Shown in pieces: positions 1-13,952 of a DNA stretch of 64,000 bases (position 1 is its first letter; every line of letters starts with the position of its first letter). The notes beneath the pieces were generated by a model that saw only the letters and a list, made by a program, of their open reading frames with translations, ran no database searches and was not told the origin of the DNA. A program made the translations under genes and the position numbers. Source of the stretch: Octopus sinensis (Eukaryota); the NCBI RefSeq assembly GCF_006345805.1, contig NC_042997.1, positions 136,462,001 through 136,526,000 of the forward strand, given 5' to 3'.

Positions 1-695
1 AAAGTATTCTCCATTTGAGGCAATGCATTGGTCCAGACGCGTTTTCCTCTGTTGGAAGCAGTGCTGGAACTCTGCGAAGTGATGCCTTTTAACGCTTCCG
101 TCGTCTTTTTTTTTCTTCGCCCCTTCCACTTCTGCAAAACGTTTTCCTTTAAGAATATTTTCATTCAGGAAAACAAAAAAAGTCACAGGGAGAAAGATCG
201 GGTGAATATGGATGGTGGGTAAGTGGATCATGCATTCAGTTGTGACTGCTTTTGATCTTCCGTGAGCAAGCAAGGCACACATTTTGCTGCAACTCTTTTC
301 ACTCGCAATTCCTCGTTTAAAATTCATTGGCAGGAGCTCCAGAACACACCAATCATATCAACAAGCTCGTCAATTGTTCGGTGATGGTCCTCCAAGATCA
401 GTTCATGCATTTTCGTGATATTTTCATTCGTGTGGTGGTGTTGACGGTCGCCCTTAACAAGATTGGTCTTCAAGTGACAAGTGACCATTCCTAAAGCGTG
501 AAAACCACTCCCAAACTTGTGGCCGCATCTCTAAACTGTTTCGGCCGAAACAGTTTTTGCTTTCACCAGTTGACGACGCTGGTCGGCAGATTGATGCTTG
601 AGGGTTGCAATAAGTGAGTTCTAGCGGCGGAAGCCTGAACTACAATGAGCTTGCCCCACAGAGAACGTTTCCGGTTACTTTTGGATACCTACTCG
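1..695 (-). mobile_element. mariner (Tc1/mariner) remnant, internally deleted, runs off the window start
   Basis: Reverse complement of 1-72 reads EFQHCFQQRKTRLDQCIASNGEYF, the typical mariner C-terminus. TIR-like end TTACTTTTGGATACCTACTCG followed by TA at 696-697. Confidence 0.8.
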
Positions 696-1280
696 TAAGT
701 ACCAGTTGAGTACTGGGGTCGATGCAATCAACTATCTCCCTCCCCCAAATTTTAGGCTTTGTGCCTATAGTAGAAAAGATCATTATTATTGTCGTGCTTG
801 TTGTTGGTGTTGTTGTTAAGGCAACGGGCTGGCAGAATCGTTAGTACACCGGACAAAATGATGTTAAGAATTTCGTCCGTCTTCACATTCTGAGTTCAAA
901 TTCTGCCGATGTCGACTTTGCCTTTCATCGTTTCGGGGGTCGATAAAATAAGTAGCAGTTGAGTACTGAGGTCGATACAACCCCCACCCCAAAATTTAAG
1001 GCTTTGTGCCTATAGTAGAAAGGATTCTTATTGCTGTTGTTGCTGTTGCTGTTGTTGCCGTTGTTGTTAAGGCCGCGAGCTGGGAGAATCGTTAGCACAC
1101 AGGACAAAGTGCTTAGCGGCATTTCGCCTATCTTTATGTTCTGAGTTCAAGTTTCGACTTCTCATTTCATCCTTCCGGGGCCAATAAAGTAAGTGCCAGT
1201 TCAGCACTGGGTTCGATTAAATCGATTTCTCCCCTCCCCACCCACCATAATATTTCTGATCGCATACCAAAATTTGAAAC
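696..1280 (+). mobile_element. Three tandem copies of tRNA-derived SINE family A (3' part 696-790; 819-1032; 1070-1280)
   Basis: Repeated GGCGGCGAGCTGGCAGAATCGTTAGC...GAGTTCAAATT (A/B boxes)...GTCGATAAAATAAGTACCAGTTGAG, separated by (GTT)n tails. Confidence 0.85.
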
Positions 1281-1345
1281 CACCACTACTACTGCTACTA
1301 CTACTACTACTACTAATGAGTCTCCGGTTCATTAGTATTATCACA

Positions 1346-1387
<42 letters not shown>

Positions 1388-1388
<1 letters not shown>

Positions 1389-1526
1389 TGTGTGAGAGTG
1401 CAGCGCATGGTATCAAAGTAACACTGGTGTACAAATATACGAAGCCCAATATACCTATCATGACTACCCCTCTGAAAGGGGTACACTAGACACATGCTTC
1501 ACAACCGTATGTCCGCGACATGGTGA

Positions 1527-1528
<2 letters not shown>
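1388..1528 (-). repeat. Fragment of dispersed repeat family E
   Basis: Reverse complement matches 54720-54865 and 57265-57415. Confidence 0.75.
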
Positions 1529-1590
<62 letters not shown>

Positions 1591-1805
1591 GAGTAATCCC
1601 TCGCCATCGCGGTTCACCTATCGCAGTTTATTATTTAAGTTTACATCGATTCCTCTGTGGCGTCGTTTTGTATTTATAATAAAATAGATAAATACAAATT
1701 ATAAAAATAATTTTAAAATTATACAATACAGTACTGTTTCTGCTTCGCGGATTTTTATCTATCGCGTTTTGGATCGTAACACCAGCGATAGTCGAGGGAT
1801 TACTG
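1591..1805. mobile_element. Tigger/pogo-like MITE
   Basis: Terminal inverted repeats AGTAATCCCTCG...CGAGGGATTACTG followed by TA. Non-coding, about 215 bp, inside (TA)n. Confidence 0.7.
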
Positions 1806-1815
1806 TATGTTTATG

Positions 1816-1912
<97 letters not shown>

Positions 1913-2117
1913 ATACCACATGTGAATCGTTGGCGATTTTCTTCCTCCGTCTTCCCTTCTACTGGACTTCCCTCTGTTTGCGAAGAAGAGCGTCGGCTCG
2001 AAACGTTAATCCATCATCTTTTCCTTTCCTGAAAGCCTCTGCTAATATACTTTACATGTGTCACATGTATATAATAATATAATATATATAATAATATAAT
2101 AATATAATATATATATA

Positions 2118-2166
<49 letters not shown>

Positions 2167-2219
2167 TATATACGTACATATATGTACATACCTGCATATA
2201 TATGTATATATACGTTCAT

Positions 2220-2405
2220 ATATGGGTACAGGACATCAAAAAAACGTTGAAGAAAATGAGAAACGAAAACATAAAAGCAAAAACATAGAAACGAACTTTT
2301 TTTTCAAACAACGAAAATAAGTGTGAAACAAGACATACAACACAAGGAATATTCCACTTCTTCAGTTGTCCCTGTTTCATCTACTCCGCGTTACGTAGGT
2401 AAGAA
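2220..2405 (+). repeat. Dispersed repeat family F (also 29695-29915 +, 33590-33780 -, 28925-29035 -)
   Basis: Shared ATGGGTACAGGACA...GAAACGAAAACATAAA...CTTCTTCAGT...GTTTCATCTACTCC. Confidence 0.75.
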
Positions 2406-2423
2406 CATACATACATACATATA

Positions 2424-2454
<31 letters not shown>

Positions 2455-2457
2455 CAT

Positions 2458-2559
<102 letters not shown>

Positions 2560-2614
2560 ATATATTTCAAACATATGCATCAATAATACATATACGTGGT
2601 TTGATCAATAAGTA

Positions 2615-3486
2615 AAATCAACCACTTTTTACAAAGGAATAAGTTTCCCACTGAAGTTTACTTTGCTTTCAGAGTCGATATATTCGACTGTGCCCCGATC
2701 CTGGCATTTGAAGTTTCTAAACCATCAATATACGAATGGTAAGTGCACCTTGATAATTACCACCTCCCGATTAGTAGATAGAATGCAAAATGGCCAGACT
2801 GTCGTACAAACTACATCCCAAACTGAGTATTGATGAGTGAAATATAGTTTTCATAGATAGAGACTGTATATTTAGAACAGCAAGTGTGGGCCATGACGCG
2901 TTTGTCATGGAACAACAACAACTATTTTATTAAAGCATTCTCTATATCTTACTTAACAAGGATATACTATAGATAGCCAGACAACTACAGTATTCGTCTC
3001 AAGGAAGCTTTTCGTATAAGCGTATAGTACTAAAGAGTACATAGGTATATCATTAGCAGACGGAAAGTGTTCAGCAGCGGCGGTGAAATTGCTAAATCTA
3101 GATTTATGCTTCTTTTAGCGTCATCAGTAGCGTGATAAAGTATCCACTAACAATCGCATGCTTAGACAAATCTAGCTTCTACTGATATATAAAAGAACAA
3201 TAATTAACAAATATCTGATGTTGCAAAGAACCAGCAGGCTAGGTAAAAGCAAAATTCGTTGTTAGCAACGGACGCAGTAATAGTTCAAAATAGCATTCTG
3301 TATACATTATTTTATAATGTTTCTTATAACGGAACGGTGATTGCTTGAACTGTAGGTATCCTCTACTTTCGATCGTTGTTTTCCACAACACACACGAAGA
3401 AGCTATCTTGAGTATCAAAAGTTTGTTGGTTCTTTTTATGTCGGCCAGTCATTTCTATTTTTCCTCTGCTTAATGTCACCCATAAT
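2615..3486 (-). mobile_element. Probable Penelope-like 3' end/pLTR insertion bounded by a 52-bp direct repeat
   Basis: Direct repeat at 2563-2614 and 3487-3538. Internal degenerate hammerhead at 3091-3131 (-). Confidence 0.5.
3091..3131 (-). ncRNA. Degenerate minimal type I hammerhead ribozyme
   Basis: GCUA CUGAUGA c GCU-aaaaga-AGC a UAAA UCUAGA UU UAGC. 4-bp stem I, palindromic stem III, GAAA changed to UAAA. Confidence 0.55.
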
Positions 3487-3515
3487 TATTTCAAATATAT
3501 GTATCAATTATACAT

Positions 3516-3850
3516 ATACGTAGTTTGATCAATAAATATCCAGACTGTTGCCATTGTAACGACGCTAAAGCACGTAGAATAAGGCTGCTTTGCACAGATT
3601 GACCTTGAACTCTGCTGTGCATGCGCACTAAGTTTTATCGTTCTAGCTCACTTCCCCTGTTTACAGCAGTACATGGAAGGAACGTGTGTAGCGTGTGATT
3701 GTCGCATTGACCATGACAGAGAAAGCTGAGCAGAGAATCTGCATCAAATTTTGACAAAAGCTTCGTGATACCTGTTCAGCGGCCTACACAAAGTTGCAGA
3801 AAGTGTATGGAGAGGAGTGCATGAGCTGCACATATGTGTACTAGTGGTTC
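3516..3850 (+). mobile_element. mariner 5' fragment (TIR plus N-terminal HTH pseudo-ORF)
   Basis: TACGTAGTTTGATCAATAA end. From about 3713 reads MTEKAEQRICIKF*QKLRDTCSAAYTKLQKVYGEECMS. Confidence 0.8.
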
Positions 3851-4439
3851 CATAGCCTCCAATAAAACCATAAGCGGACATCCTTTTCAACAAGATCAAA
3901 CCAAGGGAGAAAAGAGCCAGCCACTCTCTCTTTCTCTCCACATAAACATACATGTGTATGTGTATGTCTGTCTGTATGTATGTATGTATGTCCTGGCTCT
4001 ATTTTTTAGAATTTCTCACCAAGATATGTCGGCTTCGAAACAAGAAATAAGGTTCGTACATCGTAATTTTGTATGCATGCATATATGTATGCATATATGT
4101 ATATATGTATGAATGTATGTATGTATATATGTATGTATGTACGTACGTATGTATGAATGTATGTATACATTTATGCATATATGTATATATGTACGCATAT
4201 ATGTATTTATGCGTGCATGCATATATGTATGTATGTATGTATGCATATATGTATTTATGTATGAATGCATATATGTATGTACTGTGCATATATCCGCGCA
4301 TGCAGGTACAGCCTGTCATTACAAGAGTCTTGTGTTTAGGTTTATTTAAACAGATCTTTTGTATATCTATAAGTATACATATACATGCTTTGGACTAAAC
4401 TTCTAACGTTTTACGTATTTTCTCAAGTCAGTTAATGGC

Positions 4440-5650
4440 TTCTGATGATTATTTCTTAATTAGCTGGGTTCTTTGATGTTTAGCGAAGACAGCTGTGCTG
4501 AGATACTTGGCTTTATAAGCAAACAGCTCGGCAATATCGAATATAAATCGTGAAATCATGTGTGGTTTTTGCAAGTTTCTCCTTAATTCAGAATACATAT
4601 TTCCTTTTCCTTTCATCATTTGCATAATAAGCTTTTGAGGATAATTTGTTTCCACTACTGTACACACTTTCTTTGCTCCATTGTAGTTGACCTATTTTGC
4701 TTCAATTTCTACAGTGGTTTTGTCAATTAAACTGTAGTGTTATTCTTTCATGTTATATCCTCTACATCACAGTAATTCTTATATTCTGATCTGCACTATC
4801 TGTTTTGCAGATTGCATTGTATTATTTTTCTTCCGCTACCTTATATCTCATACAAAGATATTATCGTGATGAAATTGTTGGACAGTGGCTTATGATATGT
4901 ATCACATCTTCGGTGTTGATTGCACAGCTTTTGTAATGATTGTCTGACTTAGGTATTTAATTTATATTCTTGGTTTGGTAGGGGGATCATTAGATATTTT
5001 GTCGTTATGTCTTGTTCCTGAAATTCCAAAACGTACTCTTCAAAGTTAGAGTTTATGTTGATGACCCAAGACAGACTGTTGACTATCATGTTTGGCAATG
5101 TTACTGTTTTCTGACAACATAGTCACTTATGGCTTTCTGCTGATAAGCGAGAATCTTTTTGTCTGATGTTATAGAGCTGCGCAAGTCTGCAGGTTGTGCA
5201 GCTCTGGACATTAATCATAGATTACTTTCTCAGGAGCTCTTTTCTAACTCCAACGATCGTATTTATCCCATGTATGCAGACTTGATCCTTGAACACAGAT
5301 GCTTAGTGGTTAGTAGATTCCTTTGAAGGGATATGAGGCGATACTCAAAGACCGTTTGCATTAATGTTTAACTTCTGCCTCTTTGTTTTTGCTTTAGGTA
5401 AATGTGACAATTATCACAATCGATATGAACATTTCTGGTGGTGATTATTAATTTTCATGGTTCAGATCTCATCCAACGTTCAATCGATTTGAATAAGCAT
5501 TCAGCAAACAACATTCTGAGCCACTGATTTCTGAGAATTTTTTTTTTTTTTCATTTTAGTGTAACTGTTTAGTTTTTATATATTTAGCCTTGGGGGAGGT
5601 TCTACAATGGATCAACAACCGCTGAATGGAATGGGATCTTGTTTACCGCT
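4440..5650 (-). mobile_element. Highly decayed retroelement remnant, possibly PLE GIY-YIG region
   Basis: Broken frames give a Cys cluster (CNLQ..CRS..YC), then EAK*VNYNGAKKV and SRFIFDIAELFA, loosely like PLE endonuclease. Many stops. Confidence 0.35.
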
Positions 5651-5961
5651 TTCAATCTTATCTTTCTTTGGTTCTTTTTCTAAAGTTGTTGGCGTTATTG
5701 TCGCTTCCGGCGATCGTGTTGCTTGTAATGATTCTCTGAATGGTAAACTCTAGTCTGAGACAAATATCGTTTCAATCATGAATGAAAGACTTCTTCAATG
5801 GATGTGATCGGAAGAATAAACAGTTATTTAAGGTTGATGCTTGTAAACTTAATGTTAGAGATGGTATTCATTGCAAATTTAAATATGTCTTCCACACCAA
5901 GCAATGTCAGTTCATGTCGAGGGAGTGATGTATACAAGTATATGTGCATGTATCTTGTCTT

Positions 5962-6009
<48 letters not shown>

Positions 6010-6038
6010 GTGTGTGTGTGTGTGTTTGTGTGTGTGTG

Positions 6039-6285
6039 TATAATCTGACACTTTCATGTATACAGATTTATGTTTATCTGAATTAAAGAGAAAAGCAGAG
6101 TGTATTTGAAAAAAATATAAAAGACATGTGAATGTCTTCTAATATGTATGTTTTCTTTTGTATGTATGCATGTATATACGTATATATAATCTGACATTTC
6201 TATGTATACATGTTTATGTTTACTAAAGTTGAAGAGAGAAGCAGAGTATGTTTGAAAAAAATCGAAGAAAATATATATGAATGTT
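6039..6285 (+). repeat. Diverged local tandem duplication, period about 146 bp
   Basis: TATAATCTGACA...AAGCAGAGT...TTTGAAAAAAAT...TGAATGT occurs at about 6039 and 6185. Confidence 0.7.
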
Positions 6286-9200
6286 TGCCAAATCTCCTAT
6301 TCTGTGGAGTTTTTCTCTTGTAAACAGAATCTACGAATAAAAGCGGGTGTGAATCAAAACAACTATTTTCAGAAGTCTAGTTTACAAAATTAAGCACAAA
6401 CTAAAATTCTTCAATACAAAACATCGTTCATGCGCCTATTCAGAATGAATTAATATGTGAATGAGTCAACAAGAGAATCTCTATGTGATCGCTCGACCGA
6501 CTAAACATAACAGCTAAATCTCCTTAAAATCAACTTCCACCGTCTTGAAAAAGATTTTTAAAAGTCCTAATACCTCTCCAAGAGCATAAGTCCGATAGAT
6601 CAGAACAGACTTGGGGATAAGCAATAACAGAAATATTCTAATATATGACAGTAAGTATCGTTTTAAATACATTATTCAATTTCGTCTTTTAGTGTTTGTG
6701 TCCTAATGACATTGGGTCCAATTTGCATTAAACTATCCATTTTTCGTAAGCCTCCAAAGCCATAAAATACAGTGTGCCAGTAATATCATTGTTATAAAGT
6801 GTTATGTGAAAGGATACAGCTGAAGAAATGGTCTCGCAATTATTCTAAGGAATACTACATTAGAGAAGTTGCTGCAATCTGTGGACCAACAGGAAGAGTT
6901 GAACTTGGCACCGGATGCAAATCAGCCACTTATGAATATTACAGTGAGGTCAATATTTAAAGCAGCAAGTTGTTTCTACACTATTGTACCTATTTGCAGC
7001 TACGTGGACTGAGTCATTTGAAAGTTAAGCGTCTTGATCACAAGCATAATAACGCATAGCGCATTGGTTGGAAGAGAACTTTCGGTCTCTTGGCTGTTTG
7101 TCAACAAACCTCCATCAACTTGGTCATGATCATCCGCACTCTCATATCAGAAATATATTACAGACAATTCAACAGATTGAGTGCTCTTGATAACAAGTAT
7201 TACTCTTCCGGCTAATAATATTTAAAGTGATATTTAATAAAACCTCTCATTAATATTTAGTTGGACATTACTTTTATGATACAGACCACAAAACATTCTG
7301 AAATAGAACAAGGACCCTAGTAATGAGTTAACCATCCATTACTCACTATTATGCTATCTCTTCGGTCCTATTTGTCCTATATGAACTAGCAAATTAAATA
7401 GGACCTTCACCCAAACACAGTCAAATCTCCTTCCTGCCGTACTCTTGAGATCGTTTGTGACTAAAACCCCAGACAACCTTAATCATCTTAATCACTTACC
7501 TAATCCTTCTCACCGAAGAATACATTGGGAATCTAATTTCTTGCTAGATAGTTATTACTTCTACGAAGAGTGTACTCGAAAAACATTCTTCGTTTGAGAT
7601 GTGAGAACTTAATTTCATCTAACAATGGCAAGAAACATCCATTACATTTATATGGAAGGCACACTGACAATACGAGCCAATGTAAGGGCCTTTAAACTGT
7701 CGCTCAGTCTGCAGCCAAATATCCCACCAAATCATACATTATCTTTAAAAAAAGGACACATATTTCATAAAGTAGATCTAATATCCTATTGGAACGTTTT
7801 TGATCATCGACCTGGTCGATCAGGGTTGAATTACGGCAACAAAATCAACACACAACACCTCTTCTGAATAACATACATCCCTTTGTTCATGTCCTTCTAA
7901 ACATTGACCAGTAGAGGTTCCAGATAAACATTAACCACATCAACCACATAAGTCTTACGTTTTCCAGAATAAAAATAGTAAAAATAAGAGAGATTATTTC
8001 CGCTGAACCAAGACTGTACTGCAGTTCCAATATCCGCATGAAATGATTTCATCTCCCACCGTTAATAATGTTTGGAAAATCGTGAACATTCTATTAATTC
8101 ATCTCTGCATTCGACCCATTCTAAAATCAATGGTATATTTCGCTTGCAAAAAGGAAACTAATCTTTTGTTTCAATTGCACTAATCTAAATTTGAAGCTAT
8201 TTTGCTTTTTAACAATAATAATGCGTTGAGAAAAAAATGACCGCCACTTAAAACTTGTTCTAAGTCAGAAATAGATATTTAATTAGAAAAGTTACTTTGC
8301 TCCTGGCAAGTTGAAACTGAAATTTGGTTTCAATCACCGGTCAAAAACATTTTATTTCAATAGTATTAGGAAATTAATAAGCATCACCTGTCATCATTTC
8401 CTAAAATACAACATTGTTGAGCTATATCGGAATTATTTCCCATTGAGTAGGCGCCAGAGCCGACTTTGCTTTTCATCTCTCCGTTGTTGGTAATATAAGT
8501 GATACACGTGTCTCGATTTAATGGTCTATATTGCCTAATGTATCAAGTAACAAACTGCATTTAATCGACTCTATGATCCGGTTTATTTCAGTTGGAAACC
8601 ACTTTATCTTAACTTACACCGCACTGCTAAAGCTTCTGAGAAAAAAGTCATATTATAATTTACCATTACTCACCTCGCTAAAATATAATACACAGTGAAA
8701 AAAGAAACCAATTTTTAATTCATACTGGAAGATAATCCTTTGTATCAGAAAAAAATATAGGATTTCCAACGAAAAACAATTTCATTGAAAAGAAATTCAT
8801 ATATTGTCTAAGCCTAAATCAATGAAAAGAAAAATGTCCCATTTAATTAAATCCATAAGGTTTTCATATCAGGACTGCTTTTGTTATTGTTATTATTTTT
8901 CTCAAGTCGGCTTTGACTAACTATACCAATGATGAAAGATGTTTGAACCATAACATCCCTTTTATGAAGGATGTATTTCGAACTACATTATACCATGTAA
9001 CCTTTTAAGATGTTGATTTGAAGGAGATTTGGGTGTTATTTCAAGCAAACTGAGTAACCACTTATAAGCTACCTCATTAGCCCGTTCATATCATCATGTG
9101 GTGTTACAGTGTCAATGTTTATTCCCAATGACTCAACCCCCTTAAGTTTCATTGGGTATAGTATGCAGTTAAGTTTTCGTTATCTTGCAATATTGCACGG

Positions 9201-9399
9201 TATGACCAAATCTTAATGGTTGAAACCATTAACATAGTAATATTCTAGCACTTCCGTCTTAGTAACTTTCTCGCAATACATCACATAATGACTTAATGTA
9301 TTAAGTAATGCTTCTTCGACATCATGAGTTACAAGACTAACTTTCTTTACATGCAGAATCTAAAGGAATGGGCGAACCCGTGTCACTTGCAGCCCTTCG

Positions 9400-10330
9400 G
9401 AGTTAGCAATACTTATGCCGTTAAAGTTCCGTTTGAGTTGTTGCAAGGAAATACATGAATGGGGAGAAGATCCCAGAGAACCGATGTTCTGGGGATGAAG
9501 GTTTGAACAAAGGGACTAGTGCTGGTACGAGCTGCATTGTACGCATCAAGGATACCGAGAGATGGCGAATGGTTTGGGGTGCCCGAGTGGGGGCAGTTCG
9601 CAACTAACCAGCCCCGAGTGGCAAAATCTATTATAGTAGCAATAAAAAAGATAGGTAGAGAAAATAGCACACACCTGTGAGTCAGAACCTGAATGTGCCC
9701 CTCGGCTAAGTAGTCTTTCTCTGGTTGTCCAAGTATCACTGTGCGTAGCAACAGTACCGTTCCAGATGTGAGAGAAGTATTCCATTGTGGGCCATATTTG
9801 AACCTTATAGGGTGCCAGCAGCTGTTGAGGAGTGGTATATCTTCTAGCCATAAAGAGAAGGCCTAGTCTTTCGGATTCAGTCCCAGCTATGCTAAGGATG
9901 TGTTTTCTCCAGGAGAGATACCTGATGATGAGAATAGAGTTGAGAGCGAAATCGAGCCCTGAAAAATACCAGAGTTGACTGAGAGTGGAGTAGAAAGAAC
10001 TCTGTAAACACATACAACTATGCTGCGAAGTGATAAGAGGTTACTGATCCAAAAGATAAGAGATGGGTGGAGTCTGTAGTCGGAATGTTTTGACAGATTT
10101 GCATGCCAGATAGGATGGAAGGCTTTGTTGATGTCTAGACTTACAATATTGTTTTCGCTGAACTTCTCTAAAGCGAGAATCCTCTTGTGAATGATATAAG
10201 AGTGTAGAACTCTAATGGATCTGGATCTGCGATAGACGGAGTTGTGGTCATTGACAGGAGAGAGAAATTCAAGTTGAAGAGAACGTCATTGTTAATAGCC
10301 GTCAGAATTACTCTGGATATGCTAGGCGGA
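9400..10330 (-). mobile_element. CR1/Jockey-group LINE RT remnant
   Basis: SLDINKAFHPIWH (RT LDxxKAFD motif), YKVQIWPTMEYFSHIW and FIPRTSVLWDLLP, across frameshifts. Confidence 0.75.
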
Positions 10331-10571
10331 GAGAGATGACGGGGAGGAAATGGCGGGTGAGATGGCGGGAGGGAGATGTCGGTGGTGGTAGTAGTGGCAG
10401 TGGTGGTGGCAGCAATAGGGGAAGCAATAGCAGTAACTGAGACATGTGTGGTGAGGAGAGTCAGGTCAGGAAAATGGTAGAAGGAAGAAGTGAAATAACT
10501 CGCAAAAAACAGTTCAGATGTCAAATTCAAGTGAACCATAGACCCTTTTTGTTAATGTTGTTCAAGGCGTA

Positions 10572-10790
10572 AAGCAGCGAGTTGGCAGAATCGTTAGCGC
10601 GTTGGACGAAGTGCTTAGCGGTATTTCGCCCGTCGCTACGTTCTGAGTTCAAATTCCGCCATGGTCGACTTTGCCTTTCATCCTTTCAGGGTCGATAAAA
10701 TAAGTACCAGTCGAGCACTCGAGTTGATGTAATCGACTAGCCCCCTCCCCAAAAATTTCAGACCTTGTTCCTATAGTAGAGAGGAATAAT
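10572..10790 (+). mobile_element. SINE family A copy
   Basis: Full A/B box head and tail as at 819-1032. Confidence 0.85.
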
Positions 10791-11029
10791 GCTGTTTTTG
10801 TTGCTGATGTTGCTGCTGTTGTTACTGATGCTACTGCTGCTGTCTTCTTCTTCCATTCAGGACTCACGCCATTAGCCACAAAGAATAATCTCTAATTCGA
10901 GCCTACTCTAATCTACTAAGAATGCGTGTGGAGAGCTGAACCATCCTGGGGTAGAGGATTCGCAATCTAGACAAGGGTCTGAAAGTTTACCACACCATAG
11001 TGGGTTACATCATGGTTCCTCTGCTTTGT

Positions 11030-11224
11030 GGCAGAAGTAAGAAGAAAGAGTGAGAGAAAGTTGTGGTGAAAGAGTACAGCGGGGTTCACCCCCACCCCAC
11101 GCCGAAGCCTCGTGGAGCTTAGGTGTTTTTTTCTCAATAAACACTCACAATACCCGAACCGGGAATCGAAACCGCGTTCTTACGACCGCGAGTCCGCTGC
11201 CCTAACCACTGGGTCATTGCGCCT
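11030..11224 (-). mobile_element. tRNA-derived SINE family C copy
   Basis: Reverse complement matches 28589-28770 (GGCGCAATG.CCCAGTGGTTAGGG...GGTTTCGATTCCC). Confidence 0.85.
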
Positions 11225-11623
11225 CCACTCCTGTTACTGTTACCGCTGCTGTTGTGGTTGTTTAACAAGTATTGGTTGCTGATATTGCTGTTTTGGCAGA
11301 GAAGCATTTTTTTCTAAAACTGCATGTGTGCATACATATATGTGTGCGTGCGCGTGTGTACGTGTCTGTTTCGGGGTGGGGGCGTGTGTGTAAAGATATT
11401 CACAACACAGCAAAAATATAAAAACAAACTTGTAAGAAAATAAACAATAAAAATGTTATCTATCATTTGAACGGTAAAGAGGATACTAATTAAATATACC
11501 TGCATGTGGCTATGGTATTAAGAAGTTTGTTTTAGATCCCTGTGTTTTCAGTTTCGATTCCACTGAGCAACACTTTAGACAAGCGTCTTCCAACATAACT
11601 TTGTGTCAATATTTTTATGAAAG

Positions 11624-11922
11624 AAGGCCGGCGAGCTGGCAGAAGCGTTAGCACGCAGGGCGAAATGCGTAGGCGTATTTCGTCTGCCGTTACGTTCTGA
11701 GTTCAAATTCCGCCGAGGTCGACTTGCCTTTCATCCTTTCGAGGTCGATAAATTAAGTACCAGTTACGCACTGGGGTCGATGTAATCGACTTAATCCGTT
11801 TGTCTGTCCTTGTTTGTCCCCTCTGTGTTTAACCCCCTGTGGGTAGTAAAGAAATAGGTATTTCCTCTGTCTTTACGTTCTGAGTGGAAATAAGCCCATT
11901 GTGTGTGTGTGTGTCTGTGTGT

Positions 11923-11964
<42 letters not shown>

Positions 11965-12202
11965 TGTGTGTGTGTTTATGTGTATGTCTTTGTGTCTGTG
12001 TTTGTCCTCCACCACCATCGCTTGACACCCAATGTTGGTGTGTTTACGTCCTCGTTACTTAGCGGTTCAGCAAAAGATACGATAGCACATGCACTAGACT
12101 TACAAAGAATAAGTCATGGGATCGATTTCTTCGACTAAAAAAAACCTTTAAGGCGGTACCCCAGCATGGCCGCAGTCAAATGACTGAAGTAAGAGAATAA
12201 AA
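11624..12202 (+). mobile_element. SINE A copy (11624-11885) joined through (TG)n to the 3' half of SINE B (11990-12202)
   Basis: Family A head and body, then the family B tail ending CCAGCATGGCCGCAGTCAAATGACTGAA. Confidence 0.75.
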
Positions 12203-12245
12203 GAATATGTGAGTGTGTCTGTGTATAAGAATATGCATATGTATG

Positions 12246-12302
<57 letters not shown>

Positions 12303-12596
12303 CACGCATGCATACATGTACATATATACATGTATATATAGAAATACACACACATACTCATACACACGATAGTGGTGATCAGTGAGAATAGTCCTCAACC
12401 CTGCATTTGGTGGATAAATATGCATTCTTTCACGTGGTTACTTGAATGGGCAGTACAGCTCCTGTTGCTTATAGTTGCTTACCATTGATTTCATGCAAAA
12501 CAATCTCCCAATTCTCAAGGGTTCCACTTTAAAATATTGAGTAATCAGTTTCCATGTTGAATAAGACTACATGGGATTATACGAAACTTTATATAA

Positions 12597-13485
<889 letters not shown>

Positions 13486-13486
13486 A

Positions 13487-13560
<74 letters not shown>

Positions 13561-13568
13561 CTATAACT

Positions 13569-13915
13569 GACACTCCGTCGATAACGACGACGAGGGTTCC
13601 ACTTTGATCCAATCAACGGGACAACCTGCTCGTGAAATTAACGTGGAAGTAACTGACCACTCCACAAACACGCGTATCCTTAACGTAGTTCTCGGAGAGA
13701 TTTAGCATGACATTGAATGTAACAAAGTCAGCTCTTTGAACTACAGACACAACTCATTTTTGCCAACTGAGTGGAGTGAAGCAACATGAAATAAAGCAAC
13801 GTGAAATAAAGTGCTTTTCTGAAGGACACAACCTCGCACCGCCAGAAGTCGAACACATGACATTACGATACCCTAGCCACTAAGCCATACACTAAGCCGC
13901 ATACCCTAACCACTA
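13569..13915 (-). mobile_element. SINE family D-type copy
   Basis: Matches 35147-35438 along its length. Confidence 0.8.
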
Positions 13916-13952
13916 AGCCCCACATACACACACACACACACATATATATATA

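Noticed and set aside
696-1280. Repeat-spacer-like periodicity suggesting CRISPR
   Set aside because: These are eukaryotic tandem SINEs of about 250 bp with microsatellite tails, and there are no cas genes.
6850-6950. Possible exon with two open frames
   Set aside because: Weak splice signals and no recognisable homology.
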